From Octopus sinensis (taxonomy: Eukaryota), in NCBI RefSeq assembly GCF_006345805.1, contig NC_043003.1:117476061-117540060 (forward strand): a stretch of DNA of 64,000 nucleotides, given 5' to 3'. This document shows, piece after piece, positions 62,646-64,000 of this stretch. Positions within the stretch are counted from its first letter, which is position 1; every line of letters starts with the position of its first letter. The position numbers and the translations under genes are program-made. The notes below the pieces were generated by a model. That model was given only the letters and a program-made list of their open reading frames with translations. It did not search any database and was not told the origin of the DNA.

Positions 62646-62929
62646 AACATGTGTGTGTGTGTGTAACATATGGTATTATTATGAAAAGGGAAAATTTTTT
62701 TGCCATTTCGCTGCTGACTGAAAAAAAATGGTTGATCAACCTTAATCGATTTTCGATCCTTATTGGGTTCTTATCAGAACCCAATATAATAGATGTGCAA
62801 TATAATTGGGTGTCTTTTCAATACATTGTCTGGTTTTAAAAGCCACATCAAACGTTATGGTGGATCTTAGGTGTAAGTACATGAGGATGGTCAGTCTCTG
62901 CATAAGGAGTAGACAACCACCACATATAT

Positions 62930-63170
62930 ATAATAAAAGATATTTCCTCCTCGAGCCATGCCAGGTTTATAAGGTCCGGTTTCCTGGTTTCACTGCCGTA
63001 TATATTTCCCACCTGGATGGGACGCCAATCCATCGCAGGGTTATTCATTTTTGCTTGCTGAATTATTGGGGCAACGCGAAATGAAGTGTTTTGCTCAAGA
63101 GCTCAACCGGGTCCAGGAATCGAAACTACAATCCTATGGTCATGAGTCCAACATCCTAACAATGCCACCA
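62930..63170 (-). mobile_element. Old SINE: B-like tRNA head, CORE-like segment and V-domain-like segment
   Basis: Minus strand gttaggatgttggactc...gtttcgattcc...cttgagcaaaacactt...aaccctgcgatggattggcgtcccatccagg; the last part resembles the V-SINE domain (from memory, unverified). Confidence 0.55.
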
Positions 63171-63227
63171 CATATACAAAAGAAAAGGCCCCTACACCAC
63201 CATATATATATACAAGAGAACAGGAAG

Positions 63228-63722
63228 CCATGATGGTCTTCTGATTGAATTTTGTACTCAGCCATCTGGATTTCTGATCCCACTTATGATCACCAAACGA
63301 TGTAAAATTAATGAGGGAATTCGAGGGGATTAAGAAGATCGATACAATGTGACATATCAGTTGAGGGAGAGACTGAAAGAGTTGAAAGTCAACTCCCAAG
63401 AACGAAGGCGAGAAGGATATGCCGCAATATACATCTGGAAAACCCTAGAAAAACTTGTTCCAAACTTTGGCATTTTCACTTACACAAACAGCAGGACAGG
63501 GCGCTACTGCTTACTACTAAAGGTGCCAACACTGCCATCAGGATACAGGACCAGATACTGCAACAGCTTGGGCGTTAAGGGCCTACAGCTCTTCAATCCT
63601 CCCACAAAGTCTGAGAGACTGGCATGGCATGGATTTAGGCTTTTCCGAAACAAAACTGGATCTCCTTCTGTCAAGAGTTCTGGATGAACCCACTACAAGG
63701 CAAGAAACACGGATGAGGACAG
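63228..63722 (+). pseudogene. CR1-clade LINE 3' coding end, decayed
   Basis: LSHLDF*SHL*SP...ERLKELKVNSQERRREGYAAIYIWKTLEKLVPNFG...NSLGVKGLQLFN...KLDLLLSRVLDEP: CR1 RT C-terminal signature with frameshifts and stops. Confidence 0.85.
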
Positions 63723-64000
63723 TCAAATTTCAGAGGAGGTTTGGTGAAAGTGTAGCAAAGTAAACGGCGATGCTCCAGCATGACCGCAGTCTTTGAACTG
63801 ATATTTAAAAGAAAAGCAATATATATAAAGTAAAGGCTATTTGCCAACATAATGTGGCTGTCCTGGAAGGGACGATGTTACTGTTTATCCCCAAAGAAAC
63901 ATAGTTTCCAGCTGGCGATACGACACATTATCTGTGTCCTTATATTTTCGAACAGGGAGTCCAGCACTCCTACCTAGCACAAAACAACATATGTGGACTA

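Overview
An AT-rich eukaryotic genomic window dominated by repeats. The SINE families, 5S sequence and microsatellite load suggest an octopus (coleoid cephalopod); this is inference. I find no confidently identifiable intact protein-coding gene, and almost all long ORFs in the track are microsatellite artefacts. Contents: dozens of copies of three tRNA-headed SINE families (my labels A, B, C); a ~550-bp (AAT)n-tailed element (family D); decayed non-LTR retrotransposons (four RLE/R4-Dong-type remnants, two RTE ends, one CR1 end); a mariner remnant; three non-autonomous Helitrons plus Helentron/HINE-like elements; a Penelope GIY-YIG remnant; a 5'-truncated 5S rRNA copy; and large (CATA)n, (TA)n, (AAT)n, (GATA)n and (GAT/GGT)n arrays. 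The main discoveries: (1) a SINE 3'-transduction whose source and daughter both lie in the window, each with its own TSD; (2) at least six hammerhead-ribozyme-like motifs, including a back-to-back inverted pair and one on an element with a Pol III B-box head; (3) a 5S rRNA-SINE chimera; (4) SINE multimers at four loci with the same junction; (5) a SINE variant sharing its 3' tail with an RTE LINE remnant in the window.
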